Source: Longimicrobiales bacterium
Lineage (GTDB): Bacteria > Gemmatimonadota > Gemmatimonadetes > Longimicrobiales > Gaopeijiaceae
NCBI GenBank assembly: GCA_965249725.1
Contig: OZ252251.1
Span: 192,001-256,000, forward strand
Direction of reading: 5' to 3'
DNA length: 64,000 nucleotides
In this document: piece by piece, positions 1-10,358 of the stretch
How positions within the stretch are numbered: position 1 is the first letter of the stretch
Layout: the number at the start of each line of letters is the position of its first letter
Notes under the pieces: generated by a model
Seen by the model: the letters and a program-made list of their open reading frames with translations, nothing else
Database searches by the model: none
Told to the model about the DNA's origin: nothing
Program-made: the position numbers and the translations under genes

Positions 1-1177
1 TAAGGCGACCATGGAGTTGTCGGCTCGCGGGGACGGCGTCCTCCGGTCGATCCTCGTTGGCGAGGGCGCGACGGCTCCCGTCGGAAGCGTGATCGCGGTG
101 ATCGCGGGGCCCGACGAGGACATTTCGGAGTTCACCGCGGGTGCGGCGAATCCGGAGCCTGCCCCTGAGGTGACGGAGTCCGCGCCAGCTCCTACAGAGA
201 CCGACGTGGCGGTTGTCGAGGCACCTGCGCCGCCGGCCCCCGAGCCGATGGCCGCTGAACCCGCCCCGACTTCCTCTGCCGAGGGCGGGAGGATCAAGGC
301 ATCACCGCTCGCGAAGCGGCTGGCCGCCGAGTCGGGCCTGGACCTCGCGGCCGTATCCGGCTCAGGTCCTGCCGGCCGTATCGTCAAGCGAGATATCGAG
401 GCGGCGATCACTGGGGGCGTGCCGCGGGCGTCGTCGTCGGCAGTGACGCACGCACCGGCGCTTGTCGCGTCGCGACCCGCTTCGGACGCCGACTACGAAG
501 ACGTCGCCCTCAGTCAGATGAGGAAGACCATCGCCCGGCGCCTCACCGAGTCCATCGGTCCGGTTCCGCACTTCTTCCTTACGATCGACGTCGACATGGC
601 GCGGGCTATCGAAGCTCGCCTCACCATCAACGCCATGCTGGAGCCCGAGGGGCGCAAGGTCTCACTGAACGACCTCATCATTCGCGCCACTGCGGCGGCT
701 CTGAAGCGCCATCCCGCTTGCAACGCCCACTGGCTGGGCGACTCCATCCGGCGTTTCAACCGCGTGCATGTGGGTGTGGCGGTCGCGGTGGAGGACGGGC
801 TGATTACCCCGATCGTACGTGATGCGGACGCCAAGGGTGTGGCTCAGATCGGTGCGGAGGTCCGGGAGATGGCTGGCCGTGCCCGGGAGAAGAAGCTCCT
901 GCCCGAGGAGTATACGGGGGCCACGTTCTCCATCTCGAACCTCGGCATGTTCGGCATCCACGAGTTCACTGCGGTGATCAATCCGCCCGAGGCCGGCATT
1001 CTGGCCATCGGTGGTGTGGAGGAGACGCCTGTCGTCGTGGACGGCCAGGTCGTGGTCGGGAGTCGGATGCGCGTTACGATGAGCTGCGATCACAGGGTGA
1101 TCGATGGGGCGACAGGCTCCGCCTTCCTGGCCACGCTGAAGGACATGCTGGAGGAGCCGGCGGCCATTCTGGTCTAG
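1..1177 (+). CDS. pdhC: Pyruvate dehydrogenase E2, dihydrolipoamide acetyltransferase (5'-truncated by window edge)
   Basis: Tail of lipoyl domain (KATME), Pro/Ala linker, E3-binding ASPLAKRLA...GSGPAGRI, catalytic DHRVIDG. Confidence 0.93.
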   Translation, partial: KATMELSARGDGVLRSILVGEGATAPVGSVIAVIAGPDEDISEFTAGAANPEPAPEVTESAPAPTETDVAVVEAPAPPAPEPMAAEPAPTSSAEGGRIKASPLAKRLAAESGLDLAAVSGSGPAGRIVKRDIEAAITGGVPRASSSAVTHAPALVASRPASDADYEDVALSQMRKTIARRLTESIGPVPHFFLTIDVDMARAIEARLTINAMLEPEGRKVSLNDLIIRATAAALKRHPACNAHWLGDSIRRFNRVHVGVAVAVEDGLITPIVRDADAKGVAQIGAEVREMAGRAREKKLLPEEYTGATFSISNLGMFGIHEFTAVINPPEAGILAIGGVEETPVVVDGQVVVGSRMRVTMSCDHRVIDGATGSAFLATLKDMLEEPAAILV

Positions 1178-1313
1178 GCGCGACCGCACCGAAGCCCGCC
1201 TGCGCGGGTGTGAGACCCTTCTTCTCTGGGGGGTGCGCCTCGCCACCGTGCTGCGTACCATTGCGTCTGCTGTCGGGCGGAGAGCCCGAAGCCGGCCGAT
1301 GGAGGTGATGAGC

Positions 1314-2780
1314 ATGCCGACCCTAAGTGACGTACCGATGTCGATTCCTGATGTCCCCCTCAAAGCACGATTTGCCCGGCGCCAACTGCCTGTGGTTCTT
1401 CTCGCCGCACTCGTGTTCGGAGCCAGTGCCGAATTGGTCGCGCAGACCAACCCCAGCGACCCGGGCCCGCATCCCGCCTATGCGGGGACACCGCAGAACA
1501 TGCCGCCGGGCATGAGGGGGACTCCCAACATCCACGTGCTCTCCCACATTCCGCTCGGTGGATTCGTCCGGGTGACGGACATCGAAATCGAGCAGGAGGA
1601 GTCTCGTCCGTTCGCCTATGTCGGGAAGCGCTGGCAACCCTCCGGTTTCGACGTGATCAGCCTCGAAGATCCCGAAAACGCCGAGGTCATCTACTCGTGG
1701 AGGATCGAGAACGCCGAGCTGCATCAGGGCTGGGGATCATCGGACGGCCGTTACTTCAAGCTCGATGGGCGCTACTACTACGTGCAGGGGACTTCGTACC
1801 GGCAGAGCGGTCCGGATGCGGATCTAGGAGCCATCGTGTTCGACGTCACCGGTCTCCCGGACGTTTCCACGGTCGAGGAGGTCGGCAGAATCCGCTCTCC
1901 GGACGGGATTCCCAGCGGGTTCCACAACATCTACATGTACAAACACTCCGACGGTCGGGTCTTGCTCTTCGCGACGACCCGCTCGCCACGGAATCTCCCG
2001 TACGGGGCGGTGATCTACGATATGGAACGGTTCCTGGCCGGCGACGCCGATTTCGGTCTGGTAGGGACGGTCCCCCTGCCCGAGCCGCGGGGCACGTCGG
2101 ACGGGTACCACGACATCTACGTGGGTTACCACCCGGCCAGCGGCCAGGATCGCTTCTACGGTCCCGGTCCCGAGGTCACCATGGACGGGGGCATGTACGT
2201 CTATGACGTGACGGACGTCACGAGCCCCCGTTTGCTCACGCAGATCGTGGGAGCCATGGGCCAAACGGGCGCACACACCTTCGTTCCCACGCCGGACGGG
2301 CGGTACGCCTTCAGCATGACCCTCGGTGAGAAGCCCATGCTCGTCTGGGATCTCAAGCAAGGGCTCGATGGAGCGGTGTCGAACATCACGAGGCCGATCG
2401 GGTCGTGGACCTCCACCTTTCCGAACACGCTCCACAACTTCGAGGTCCGCTGGCCCTACATCTTCATCGCCGGCTACGAGGAATCCCTGCAGGTAGTCAA
2501 CGTGCTCGATCCCACGAACCCGTTCACCTCGGGTTACTACCGGACATTCGTCGGACCCCATGAATCGCGCGGACCCGGTGGCGACAGCAACGGCGCCTGG
2601 GGTATCGACGTCCGGAATAGCGACGGGCTCATCGTTATCAGTGATGGCACGACCGGCTTCTGGGCCTTCAAGATGGACGGCTTCGAGGGCTGGAACGGAG
2701 ACGATTGGGGCGTGCCCAACGTGTCGAGCGCGCAGGACTGGGACAACGGGCCGACCGGTACGCGACGGCCCGTGAGCTAG
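1314..2780 (+). CDS. Secreted LVIVD-repeat beta-propeller protein
   Basis: GGAGGTG RBS at 1301-1307 before ATG 1314; hydrophobic signal-like stretch; repeated blades (FDVISLEDP, VFDVTGLP, VYDVTDV, VVNVLDP) with His motifs. Confidence 0.65.
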   Translation: MPTLSDVPMSIPDVPLKARFARRQLPVVLLAALVFGASAELVAQTNPSDPGPHPAYAGTPQNMPPGMRGTPNIHVLSHIPLGGFVRVTDIEIEQEESRPFAYVGKRWQPSGFDVISLEDPENAEVIYSWRIENAELHQGWGSSDGRYFKLDGRYYYVQGTSYRQSGPDADLGAIVFDVTGLPDVSTVEEVGRIRSPDGIPSGFHNIYMYKHSDGRVLLFATTRSPRNLPYGAVIYDMERFLAGDADFGLVGTVPLPEPRGTSDGYHDIYVGYHPASGQDRFYGPGPEVTMDGGMYVYDVTDVTSPRLLTQIVGAMGQTGAHTFVPTPDGRYAFSMTLGEKPMLVWDLKQGLDGAVSNITRPIGSWTSTFPNTLHNFEVRWPYIFIAGYEESLQVVNVLDPTNPFTSGYYRTFVGPHESRGPGGDSNGAWGIDVRNSDGLIVISDGTTGFWAFKMDGFEGWNGDDWGVPNVSSAQDWDNGPTGTRRPVS

Positions 2781-2834
2781 TGCACCGGGCCGGAAGAGAA
2801 GAACTCCCCCGACCACGCATCTGAGGAGAGTGAA

Positions 2835-4220
2835 TTGAACGACGCCGTCGCACGTGTTTTGAACATCAAGAAGGAGGAGTTGCCCCTCGCCCTCTTGGCA
2901 GTGGTCTTCTTCTTCTGCGTGCTGTGCGGCTACTACTTCCTTCGCCCAGTGCGCGACGCCATGGGCGTCTCCAGGGGGATGGATGAGCTCCGCTGGCTCT
3001 TCGTGGGAACTTCCTTCGTGTCTCTGGTGATCGTGCTCGCCTTTGGCGGCGTCGTGGCCAGGATGAACCGTAGGCGGTTCATACCGGTGGCCTACCTCTT
3101 CGTGATCGTGTGCTTGTTCGTGTTTTCCGGCATGCTCGTCGCGGACGCGGCCAGTGGTGGCGGCCTCATCGGAACCGACGCGGAGACGTCGGTTGCCCGC
3201 ATCGTCGGGTACGTCTTCTTCGTTTGGCTCAGCGCCATCAACCTGTTCGTCACCAGCGTCTTCTGGGCCTTCATGGTCGATATCTTCGACGTCGATCAGG
3301 GCAAGAGGATGTTCGCCTTCATCGGCATAGGGGGGACCCTTGGGGCGCTGGTCGGGGGCTGGGCCACGAACGCGATCAGCGGAATGACCGAGTCGGTCTA
3401 TCTACCTGCCGGCCTCATGCTGACGGGTTCGGTGCTCTTCGGGGCCGCGATCGTCGTGATGCTCGTATTGGACCGTAAGGCCGTCGCCTCCGACCACTCT
3501 CGACTGACGACCGGATCGACCTCTAGGACCGAGGGCAGCGAGGACTCCGCGCCGCAGGAGATCGGCGGGACGTTCTGGGAGGGAGCCAAGGCGGTCGCGA
3601 CCTCGCCGTATCTGTTGGGAATCGGGGGCTTCATCGTGCTGATGGCCGTTTCCAACACGATCATCTACTTCGCGCAGGCCAACGTCATTCTCGAGAACAC
3701 CGACACGTTCAGTCAGAGGGTGGCCGGCTTCGCACAGTTCGACATGTTGGCTCAGATAGCGACGCTGCTCACTCAGATCTTCGTGACCACCCAGGTCATC
3801 AAACGTGTCGGAGTGGGCTGGACGCTCGCGATTCTGCCGCTCGTGACCATGGCGGGCTTCGCCACCTTGGCCATCTGGCCCCTCTATGGTGTGATGGCGG
3901 TGTTTCAGGCGATCCACCGCGCCACCCGCTACGCCATCTCGAGGCCGGCCCGCGAGACCCTGTTCAGCGTCGTGTCGCCCGCCGAGAAGTACAAGGCGAA
4001 GCCGGTGGTGGACGTCTTCGTCTACCGTGGCGGCGACGTGGCCGGTGCCGGTGTCGACGGGATGTTCGCGGCACTCGGCATGACCCTCACTGCGGTGGCA
4101 GCGGCCACGGTGCCGGTCGCGGGGGCTTGGGCGATGCTTTGCATCGGGCTGGGCCGCGCTCAGCAGCGTCGGATGGATCCGGCCGATGATCCGGCCGAAC
4201 CGGACGAGGCCGACGCTTAG
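2835..4220 (+). CDS. MFS-fold NTP/NDP exchange (ATP/ADP translocase-like) transporter
   Basis: YYFLRPVRDAMG, FW..MVDIF...QGKRMF, RYAISRPARETLF, KYKAKPVVD..VYRGGD motifs; about 12 TM segments; GAGGAG RBS. Confidence 0.8.
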   Translation: MNDAVARVLNIKKEELPLALLAVVFFFCVLCGYYFLRPVRDAMGVSRGMDELRWLFVGTSFVSLVIVLAFGGVVARMNRRRFIPVAYLFVIVCLFVFSGMLVADAASGGGLIGTDAETSVARIVGYVFFVWLSAINLFVTSVFWAFMVDIFDVDQGKRMFAFIGIGGTLGALVGGWATNAISGMTESVYLPAGLMLTGSVLFGAAIVVMLVLDRKAVASDHSRLTTGSTSRTEGSEDSAPQEIGGTFWEGAKAVATSPYLLGIGGFIVLMAVSNTIIYFAQANVILENTDTFSQRVAGFAQFDMLAQIATLLTQIFVTTQVIKRVGVGWTLAILPLVTMAGFATLAIWPLYGVMAVFQAIHRATRYAISRPARETLFSVVSPAEKYKAKPVVDVFVYRGGDVAGAGVDGMFAALGMTLTAVAAATVPVAGAWAMLCIGLGRAQQRRMDPADDPAEPDEADA

Positions 4221-6010
4221 AAGCCGCCCCCTCCGCCCCCTCCGAAGCCACCCCCACTAAAGCCCCCTCCCCCGCTGAAGCCTGATCCTCCACTGCTTCT
4301 CGGCTGAGAGGTCATCACGCTCCCTACCCGCCCGGTCATACTGCCCAGGTCGGTCACGAAGATGGTCGGGCGGAAATGATGACCGGCCGGACCGGAATAC
4401 CAGTCCGGTGGCTCCTTGTACAGGTCCTCGAACGCGCGCGCCCACTTCTTCTCGACCTGCAGGGCCATGGCGTGGGGCAGGTATCGCTCGAACATGTCAG
4501 GTGAGTCGATCATGCGACGGAAGTGGTCCGACTCGACTCGATCGAGGAACTCCTGGAAGCCGAGGATATGCTCCAACTGCCGGGCGCCCTTTACGGTGCG
4601 GGCCGGCATGACGATGCCGAAGCCGACGACGGGGATCGCAGTCAGGATCGCCGCGGCGATACCCGCTCCCATGGGGAGCGACAGGGCATCACCGAAGAAG
4701 CCCAAGCCCATGATCATGAAGACACCGACGGCGATACCGCCGCCGACATAGGCGCCGATGACGCGGTCGGGGCGGTGGTGATAGAAGCCGAGGGCCAGTA
4801 GCCGGGAGTATATGCCGCTCTTGATGCCGTCCATGTGCTCGTAGAACTCGTTCTCCAGATCGTCGAGATCGACGGTCTTCCGGGAACCGCCCTTGAACAG
4901 GCCGCTCAAGAGGGCGTGCTCGTGAGGCTGCAATTCCGACCACTCGTCCAGCTCCCTGAGTAGCTGGAACGAATAAGTGTTGCTCTTGAGTGAACCCAAC
5001 AGGCCGGTCGGCTCCCGTTCCTCGATTTTGATGAACCCCCTCACCGCCAGATCGACGATCGACGCCGTGATGTCGCGCATATCAGGGCTGTTGTCGATGA
5101 GCGTGCCGATCTCGGCGGGTGTCATCCCCTCGGGTGGCTTGTATTGCGGCGCGACCGCCAATCGGGTGGGATCGCGTCCTCGAAGGCGCCAGAGCTGGAG
5201 CATGAAGACGAAGCTCATGATCGGAAACAGGAAGATCCAGTTGGCACCAAAGAAGCGGTTGACCTTCTCGGCGACCGTCGGGCGGGTGATGACACCCGGA
5301 TCCCAGGCCATGGAAACGGTCATCCCTTCACGCATAGAAAGGGGCTGAGTCGTCTCAAAATAGAATCCAGATTCTATTTTTCGTATCTGTGCGTTCGAGG
5401 ACGTTGAGCCGAAGCCTCCGGTGTAGACGCGGGCACGGAGCCCCGTCACCTCCGGTGGGACGACGATTCGGGCGCTGGCTGCGTAGATGGGAATCTCCCA
5501 CTCGTCTCCCGTGACGTTCCAGTAGAGTTCGTCGTGCCCCGACTCGAACTCGCTCTCCTCCGCGTCGATGAAACGGAGCGCATTCGGTGAGGAGTACTGG
5601 AGGTTGACGGTTCGGCTGACATCGACGGCGCCGGGCACCCAGATCTTGATCCTCTTGTAGTGGCGCTCGCGGCTCTCCTCGAACTGGAGTGACGTTCCGT
5701 CCTCCGCGGTAACGGAGTGCACGTCGAGCTCCAGGCGGAGATTGAAACCGCTCGGCGTCGTGTAGACGACCGGGATGTCCCGGTAGACGCCGTTCCAAGA
5801 GCCCGAGAAGCGGAAGCGGATCGCCTCGGAAACGTGTACCCGGCCGCTCTCCGCGACGGAAATCTCGGTATCGAAGCTCTCGATCTCGAGTTGCTTCGAC
5901 TGGGCCGAAAGACTGCTGCTGCCGGCCGTCAGTATGGCGATCGCCGCCAGCCAGACTCCCCCCCAGACTTCCCGCCAGACCTCCGGACGGCTCCTATGCG
6001 TGCGTATCAT
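4217..6010 (-). CDS. DUF2207 family membrane protein
   Basis: ELYWNVTG motif, TM segments, LPHAMAL..EKKWA, Gly-rich C-terminus GGGFGGGGGGGF; directly downstream of lemA. Confidence 0.88.
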   Translation of the reverse strand: MIRTHRSRPEVWREVWGGVWLAAIAILTAGSSSLSAQSKQLEIESFDTEISVAESGRVHVSEAIRFRFSGSWNGVYRDIPVVYTTPSGFNLRLELDVHSVTAEDGTSLQFEESRERHYKRIKIWVPGAVDVSRTVNLQYSSPNALRFIDAEESEFESGHDELYWNVTGDEWEIPIYAASARIVVPPEVTGLRARVYTGGFGSTSSNAQIRKIESGFYFETTQPLSMREGMTVSMAWDPGVITRPTVAEKVNRFFGANWIFLFPIMSFVFMLQLWRLRGRDPTRLAVAPQYKPPEGMTPAEIGTLIDNSPDMRDITASIVDLAVRGFIKIEEREPTGLLGSLKSNTYSFQLLRELDEWSELQPHEHALLSGLFKGGSRKTVDLDDLENEFYEHMDGIKSGIYSRLLALGFYHHRPDRVIGAYVGGGIAVGVFMIMGLGFFGDALSLPMGAGIAAAILTAIPVVGFGIVMPARTVKGARQLEHILGFQEFLDRVESDHFRRMIDSPDMFERYLPHAMALQVEKKWARAFEDLYKEPPDWYSGPAGHHFRPTIFVTDLGSMTGRVGSVMTSQPRSSGGSGFSGGGGFSGGGFGGGGGGGF

Positions 6011-6037
6011 GACTCCCCCGAGCCCATCAGAATTGTG

Positions 6038-6092
6038 CCGGACGCTTCAGCCACCGGATGCTTCAGCCACCGGACGCTTCAGCCGCCGGACG
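6038..6092. repeat. 16-bp tandem repeat CCGGA(C/T)GCTTCAGCC(A/G), 3 copies plus a partial
   Basis: Copies at 6038, 6054, 6070 and a partial at 6086; overlaps the lemA stop codon. Confidence 0.9.
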
Positions 6093-6651
6093 ACTCCCCG
6101 CTGCTGTCGTCGGCGAACTTGACCTGCGGCACGGCCTTTTCGGCCTCCGGGATCTCGAAGAACTCCCGCTCGGCGAAATTGAAGCTCTTTGCGACGATGT
6201 TCGACGGTACCGAGTGAATCTTCGTGTTGTAGTCGCGCACCACCGCATTGTAGTAACGACGCGCGTTCTGGAGGGAATCCTCGAGGTCGGCCAGCGTTCC
6301 CTGGAGGTCCTGGAACCCTCCGGCGGCCTTCAGGTCCGGATACGCTTCGGCTAGGGCGAACAACGACTTGAGGGCCCCGGTCAGCATTCCCTCGGCCTGC
6401 CCCTTCTGGGCGGGCCCCTGAGCGGACATGGCGGACGATCGCGCCTGCACCACTGCCTCGAGCGTCTTCTGCTCGTGGGTCGCATACCCCTTGACGGTCT
6501 CCACGACGTTCGGAATCAGGTCGTATCTGCGCTTGAGCTGGACATCGATGTCCGCCCACGCAGCGTCGGCCTGTTCTCTGAGTTTCACGAGGGAGTTGTA
6601 CAGCCCGACGCCACCGAGAACGACAGCGCCCACAACGATCAATTCCCACAT
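6079..6651 (-). CDS. lemA: LemA family protein
   Basis: N-terminal TM, YNSLV, IDVQLKRRYDLIPN, EAYPDLKA, RRYYN; GGAGG RBS. Confidence 0.95.
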   Translation of the reverse strand: MWELIVVGAVVLGGVGLYNSLVKLREQADAAWADIDVQLKRRYDLIPNVVETVKGYATHEQKTLEAVVQARSSAMSAQGPAQKGQAEGMLTGALKSLFALAEAYPDLKAAGGFQDLQGTLADLEDSLQNARRYYNAVVRDYNTKIHSVPSNIVAKSFNFAEREFFEIPEAEKAVPQVKFADDSSGESSGG

Positions 6652-6937
6652 TTGGACCCTCCTACCCGAGGAGTGAGGGGACGGGCGGAACCTGAAGCAG
6701 AATAGGCCTGCTCTGTCCCAACTGCAAAGGAATACGGTCCACGCCCCGTTCCTCTTCTCAGATCCCCTTCTGAGAGTCCCGGGGAGGGTTTACCAGCCCA
6801 AGCGCCCCGTCTAACTTCAGGGTCCACTCCCGGGGTCGTTCCAGAGGGCCGAATCCGGGCACGAACATGTGGAATCCTGACCAGCCCACTCGCGTGTCAG
6901 TCGGCGATCGGGCTCGTTCTTCGAGAGAGGGTAGGGC

Positions 6938-8341
6938 GTGTCAGAGAAGAGCTTCGACGTTCTCGTCATCGGTGCCGGCCCCGGTGGTTACGTGGCGGCC
7001 ATACGAGCGGGACAGTTGGGCCTGAGCGCGGCGTGCGTCGAGGAAGACAAGCTTGGCGGGGTCTGCCTGAACATCGGCTGTATTCCGACCAAGGCCCTAC
7101 TCACGAGTGCCGCACTCGTCAACGAGCTGAAGACGGCGGGATCTCACGGCATCACGTTCGATGAGGTCAACACGGCCCTGGGCCCGGCGCAGGAACGAAG
7201 CCAGGCCATCGCCGGTCAGTTGAGCAAGGGCGTGGCACACCTGTTCAAGAAGAACAAGGTGGCTCACATCGAGGGGCGTGGTCGCCTTCTGGGTGGCGGC
7301 AAGGTCGAGGTCGAGGGTCCGGACGGCTCTAAGGAGTCCTACTCGGCATCGCACATCATTCTCGCCACCGGATCGCGGCCGAGGGACATTCCCGTGCTGC
7401 CCATCGACGAAGAGCGCGTCTGGTCGTCGACCGGGGCGCTGTTCCAGACCGAAGCCCCGGAGTCGCTCGCCGTGGTCGGCGCCGGCGCCGTCGGCATGGA
7501 GTTCGCCGACGTCTTCAACGCCTACGGCACCAAGGTCACGGTGATCGAGGCGCTGGATCGAATTCTGCCGCTCGAGGACAAGGAGTCCTCGGCGACAGTG
7601 CAGCGGAGCTTCAAGAAGCGAGGGGTGGATTTCCACACCTCCGCGATGGTCGAGGCGGCCGAGATCGGCGAGAAATCGGTTCTCCTGACGTTCAAGGACA
7701 AGAAGGGTGAAGAGCAGACCCTGGCCGTACAGCACGTTCTCTCGGCGGTGGGTCGGGTACCGAACTCCTCGGACCTCGGTCTCGAGGCGGCCGGCGTTCA
7801 GCTCGACGAGCGCGGGTTCTTCGCGGTCGACGACTACCTGCAGACCAATGTTCCGGGTGTCTACGCGCTGGGCGACTGTGCGGGCAAGCAGCTCCTGGCC
7901 CACAAGGCCATGCACGAAGGCGTGATCTGTGTTGAGGCGATCGCCGGCGTGGGCCACGGCCCTGTCGACTACGGCAATGTCCCGAACTGTACCTACTGCC
8001 ATCCCGAAGTGGCCTCGATCGGGCTCACCGAGCAGCAGGCGCTCGACGAGGGCTATGAGATCGAGGTGGGCAAGTTCCCCTGGCTCGGCAACGGCCGGGC
8101 GTTGGCCGGAGGACACACCGAAGGCTTCGTGAAGGTGATCCGCGACAAGAAGTACTCGGAAATCCTGGGTGCCCACATCGTCGGACCCCACGCCACGGAG
8201 CTCATTGGAGAATTCGTCGTCGGGCGCCATCTCGAGTCTACCGTCGACGAGATGGACCGGGCGATGCATCCGCACCCGACCCTGTCCGAGGCCATTGCGG
8301 AAGGGGCCTTGGCGGCGCTGGGTCGACCGATCCACATTTAG
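6938..8341 (+). CDS. lpdA: Dihydrolipoyl dehydrogenase (E3)
   Basis: GAGPGGYVAA, redox disulfide GGVCLNIGCIPTK, HPHPTLSE. Confidence 0.96.
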   Translation: MSEKSFDVLVIGAGPGGYVAAIRAGQLGLSAACVEEDKLGGVCLNIGCIPTKALLTSAALVNELKTAGSHGITFDEVNTALGPAQERSQAIAGQLSKGVAHLFKKNKVAHIEGRGRLLGGGKVEVEGPDGSKESYSASHIILATGSRPRDIPVLPIDEERVWSSTGALFQTEAPESLAVVGAGAVGMEFADVFNAYGTKVTVIEALDRILPLEDKESSATVQRSFKKRGVDFHTSAMVEAAEIGEKSVLLTFKDKKGEEQTLAVQHVLSAVGRVPNSSDLGLEAAGVQLDERGFFAVDDYLQTNVPGVYALGDCAGKQLLAHKAMHEGVICVEAIAGVGHGPVDYGNVPNCTYCHPEVASIGLTEQQALDEGYEIEVGKFPWLGNGRALAGGHTEGFVKVIRDKKYSEILGAHIVGPHATELIGEFVVGRHLESTVDEMDRAMHPHPTLSEAIAEGALAALGRPIHI

Positions 8342-8481
8342 GAAGCACGATTGCAGGTAGGACGTAGGGCTTTTGGTAGGAAGCAGGACCTCTAGATCCC
8401 CGCCATCGACTGCTGCAGTTCAGCGAAACCGACAGGCCCCCCCAGGGGCAGGCAAGCCTACGGGAATAAGGAGGTGAGCAA

Positions 8482-8994
8482 ATGCCTCATACCGACGACG
8501 TGGAAGCGCCTCGAGCGTCCAATATCGACGCGCCGGCGCTTAGAGACTGGAGCAGCGAGGACGAGCGTGCGATGAGAGTGTGGATCGCCCTCGCACGCTG
8601 CTACGCCACTTTTTCCCGCTCCGTGACGTGTAGAGTCAGCGAGTACGGTGTCACCGCTCCGCAGTTCGGCATCCTCGAAGCTCTGTTGCACCTCGGACCG
8701 CTGTCCCTCGGCGAGCTCGCGGACAAGCTGTTGGTTACCGGCGGCAACGTTACCTACGTGATGAACCGTCTCGAGGAGCAGGGGCTGGTCTACCGTGACC
8801 GGTCAGCGCCAGATTGGCGGATCGTTCAAGCCAAGCTCACACCAGAGGGACGGCGCATCATTTCAGACGCCTTCCCGCAGCATGCGAGCTTCATCGGCGA
8901 GTTGACGGCCGAGCTGGATCCGGAGGAGCAAGAGACCCTGCGAGTGTTGCTCAAGAAGCTGGGGAAGGGACTCGCCTCGGCCGAGGACTGCTGA
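8482..8994 (+). CDS. MarR family transcriptional regulator
   Basis: Strong TAAGGAGGTG RBS; wHTH pattern QFGILEAL...LGELA...GNVTYVMNRLE..GLV...LTPEG. Confidence 0.9.
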   Translation: MPHTDDVEAPRASNIDAPALRDWSSEDERAMRVWIALARCYATFSRSVTCRVSEYGVTAPQFGILEALLHLGPLSLGELADKLLVTGGNVTYVMNRLEEQGLVYRDRSAPDWRIVQAKLTPEGRRIISDAFPQHASFIGELTAELDPEEQETLRVLLKKLGKGLASAEDC

Positions 8995-9014
8995 ACGGGC
9001 GGGGAGCCGGTGCC

Positions 9015-10247
9015 CTAGGAGCCTTCGCCCTCGGGAAGTGCGGTCTCCATCCCTCGGATCTGCATGATCCGCACGAGGGCTTCGCCGATCTTGTTGTTGG
9101 GGGTCGACGCGCCCGCGGTCATCCCGAGGTCGAAGGGCCCGTCCGGCAGCCAGTCCGTTTCCATTTGCTCTGGAGTGGCACCCCCCAGATCAGGCTTGTG
9201 GCGAATGGTGCCCTTTTCGACATCGATACAGGCCGCATCCTCGATGTGATACGTGGCGGTGAACTCCCTACAGAGATGTGCCAGGTGGTCGGTATTGGAG
9301 GAGTTGTACCCGCCGAGAACGATCATGACCTCGGGTGGCCCCTCTCCCATCATCATCTCGATAGCGTCCTGACGCTCCTGCGTGGCCGAGCAAATGGTCC
9401 CGAAGGAGCGGAAACACTGCTCGGCCTCCTCCTCGCCGCGGCCCTCGACCATCGCATCCCGGATCCGAGCACCGATCGCGAGTGACTCATTGGCGAGCAT
9501 GGTCGTCTGGTTCGCCACACCGATCTTGAGAAGGTCGACGTCGGGATCGAACCCATCAGACGTCTTCTTGGCGAAGTGTTCGATGAACGCCTCACGGGAA
9601 AGACGATCCGGCCGACCGGCGATGTAGTCACAGAGGATCTCGGACTCGGACATATCGCGCACGATGATGTAGGTGCCGCCGTCGTGCCGTCGCACCTGAG
9701 AGGCCGTCGCCCGGGACTCTTCGTGGTAGTGCTTTCCGTGAATCACGGCTGTGAATCCGTCCCTGGCGTAGCTTTCGACCCGCTTCCAGACCAGGAGCAC
9801 GGACCCGCATGTCGTGTCCACGAGCACACAGCCGATGTCTCGCAGGGTGCTGAAGTCACCCATGGTCACACCGAAGGCCGGCATGACGACGACGTCCTCC
9901 TCCGTCAGATGCGAGAAATCGAACGTGCCTGATGCGTCCGGCTGAATGAACTCCATCCCCATGTCGCGGATGCGCTGGTTCACGTGGGGATTGTGGATGA
10001 TCTCGCCGACCAGGTGAATGCGGCGGTCCGGGAACTTGTGCCGAGTCTCGTAGGCGTAGTCGATGGCCCGGTCGACGCCGTAGCAGAAGCCGAACTCCTC
10101 GGCCAGCCGCACCGTCACGTCGCCCATGACCTTGGTGTTGCCGCCGCTGCGGATGCTCTGCACGAGTGCCGAGTGGTACTCGGAATCGATAAGGGGTTGT
10201 ACCTCGGCCTTGAGGCCGAATCCCTTACGAAAATACGTCCCTTCCAT
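9015..10247 (-). CDS. ispH: 4-hydroxy-3-methylbut-2-enyl diphosphate reductase
   Basis: Three cluster Cys (FGFCYGV, DTTCGSV, TICSATQERQ), IIHNP, NQTT, SSNT, TAGASTP. Confidence 0.95.
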   Translation of the reverse strand: MEGTYFRKGFGLKAEVQPLIDSEYHSALVQSIRSGGNTKVMGDVTVRLAEEFGFCYGVDRAIDYAYETRHKFPDRRIHLVGEIIHNPHVNQRIRDMGMEFIQPDASGTFDFSHLTEEDVVVMPAFGVTMGDFSTLRDIGCVLVDTTCGSVLLVWKRVESYARDGFTAVIHGKHYHEESRATASQVRRHDGGTYIIVRDMSESEILCDYIAGRPDRLSREAFIEHFAKKTSDGFDPDVDLLKIGVANQTTMLANESLAIGARIRDAMVEGRGEEEAEQCFRSFGTICSATQERQDAIEMMMGEGPPEVMIVLGGYNSSNTDHLAHLCREFTATYHIEDAACIDVEKGTIRHKPDLGGATPEQMETDWLPDGPFDLGMTAGASTPNNKIGEALVRIMQIRGMETALPEGEGS

Positions 10248-10358
10248 GAGCCTCCAGCTCCGGGCACGGCGACTGCGGCCTCATCGATGCCGCGGGACCA
10301 AAACTAATGGTCCGCCCGCTTCAGGCGAAGCTATGGGCCACAGGGAGGCGACGGGAGG

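Noticed and set aside
6038..6092. Short direct repeats (also 12778, 25785) as a CRISPR array
   Set aside because: Repeats are contiguous with no spacers, only 12-18 bp, and no cas genes are present
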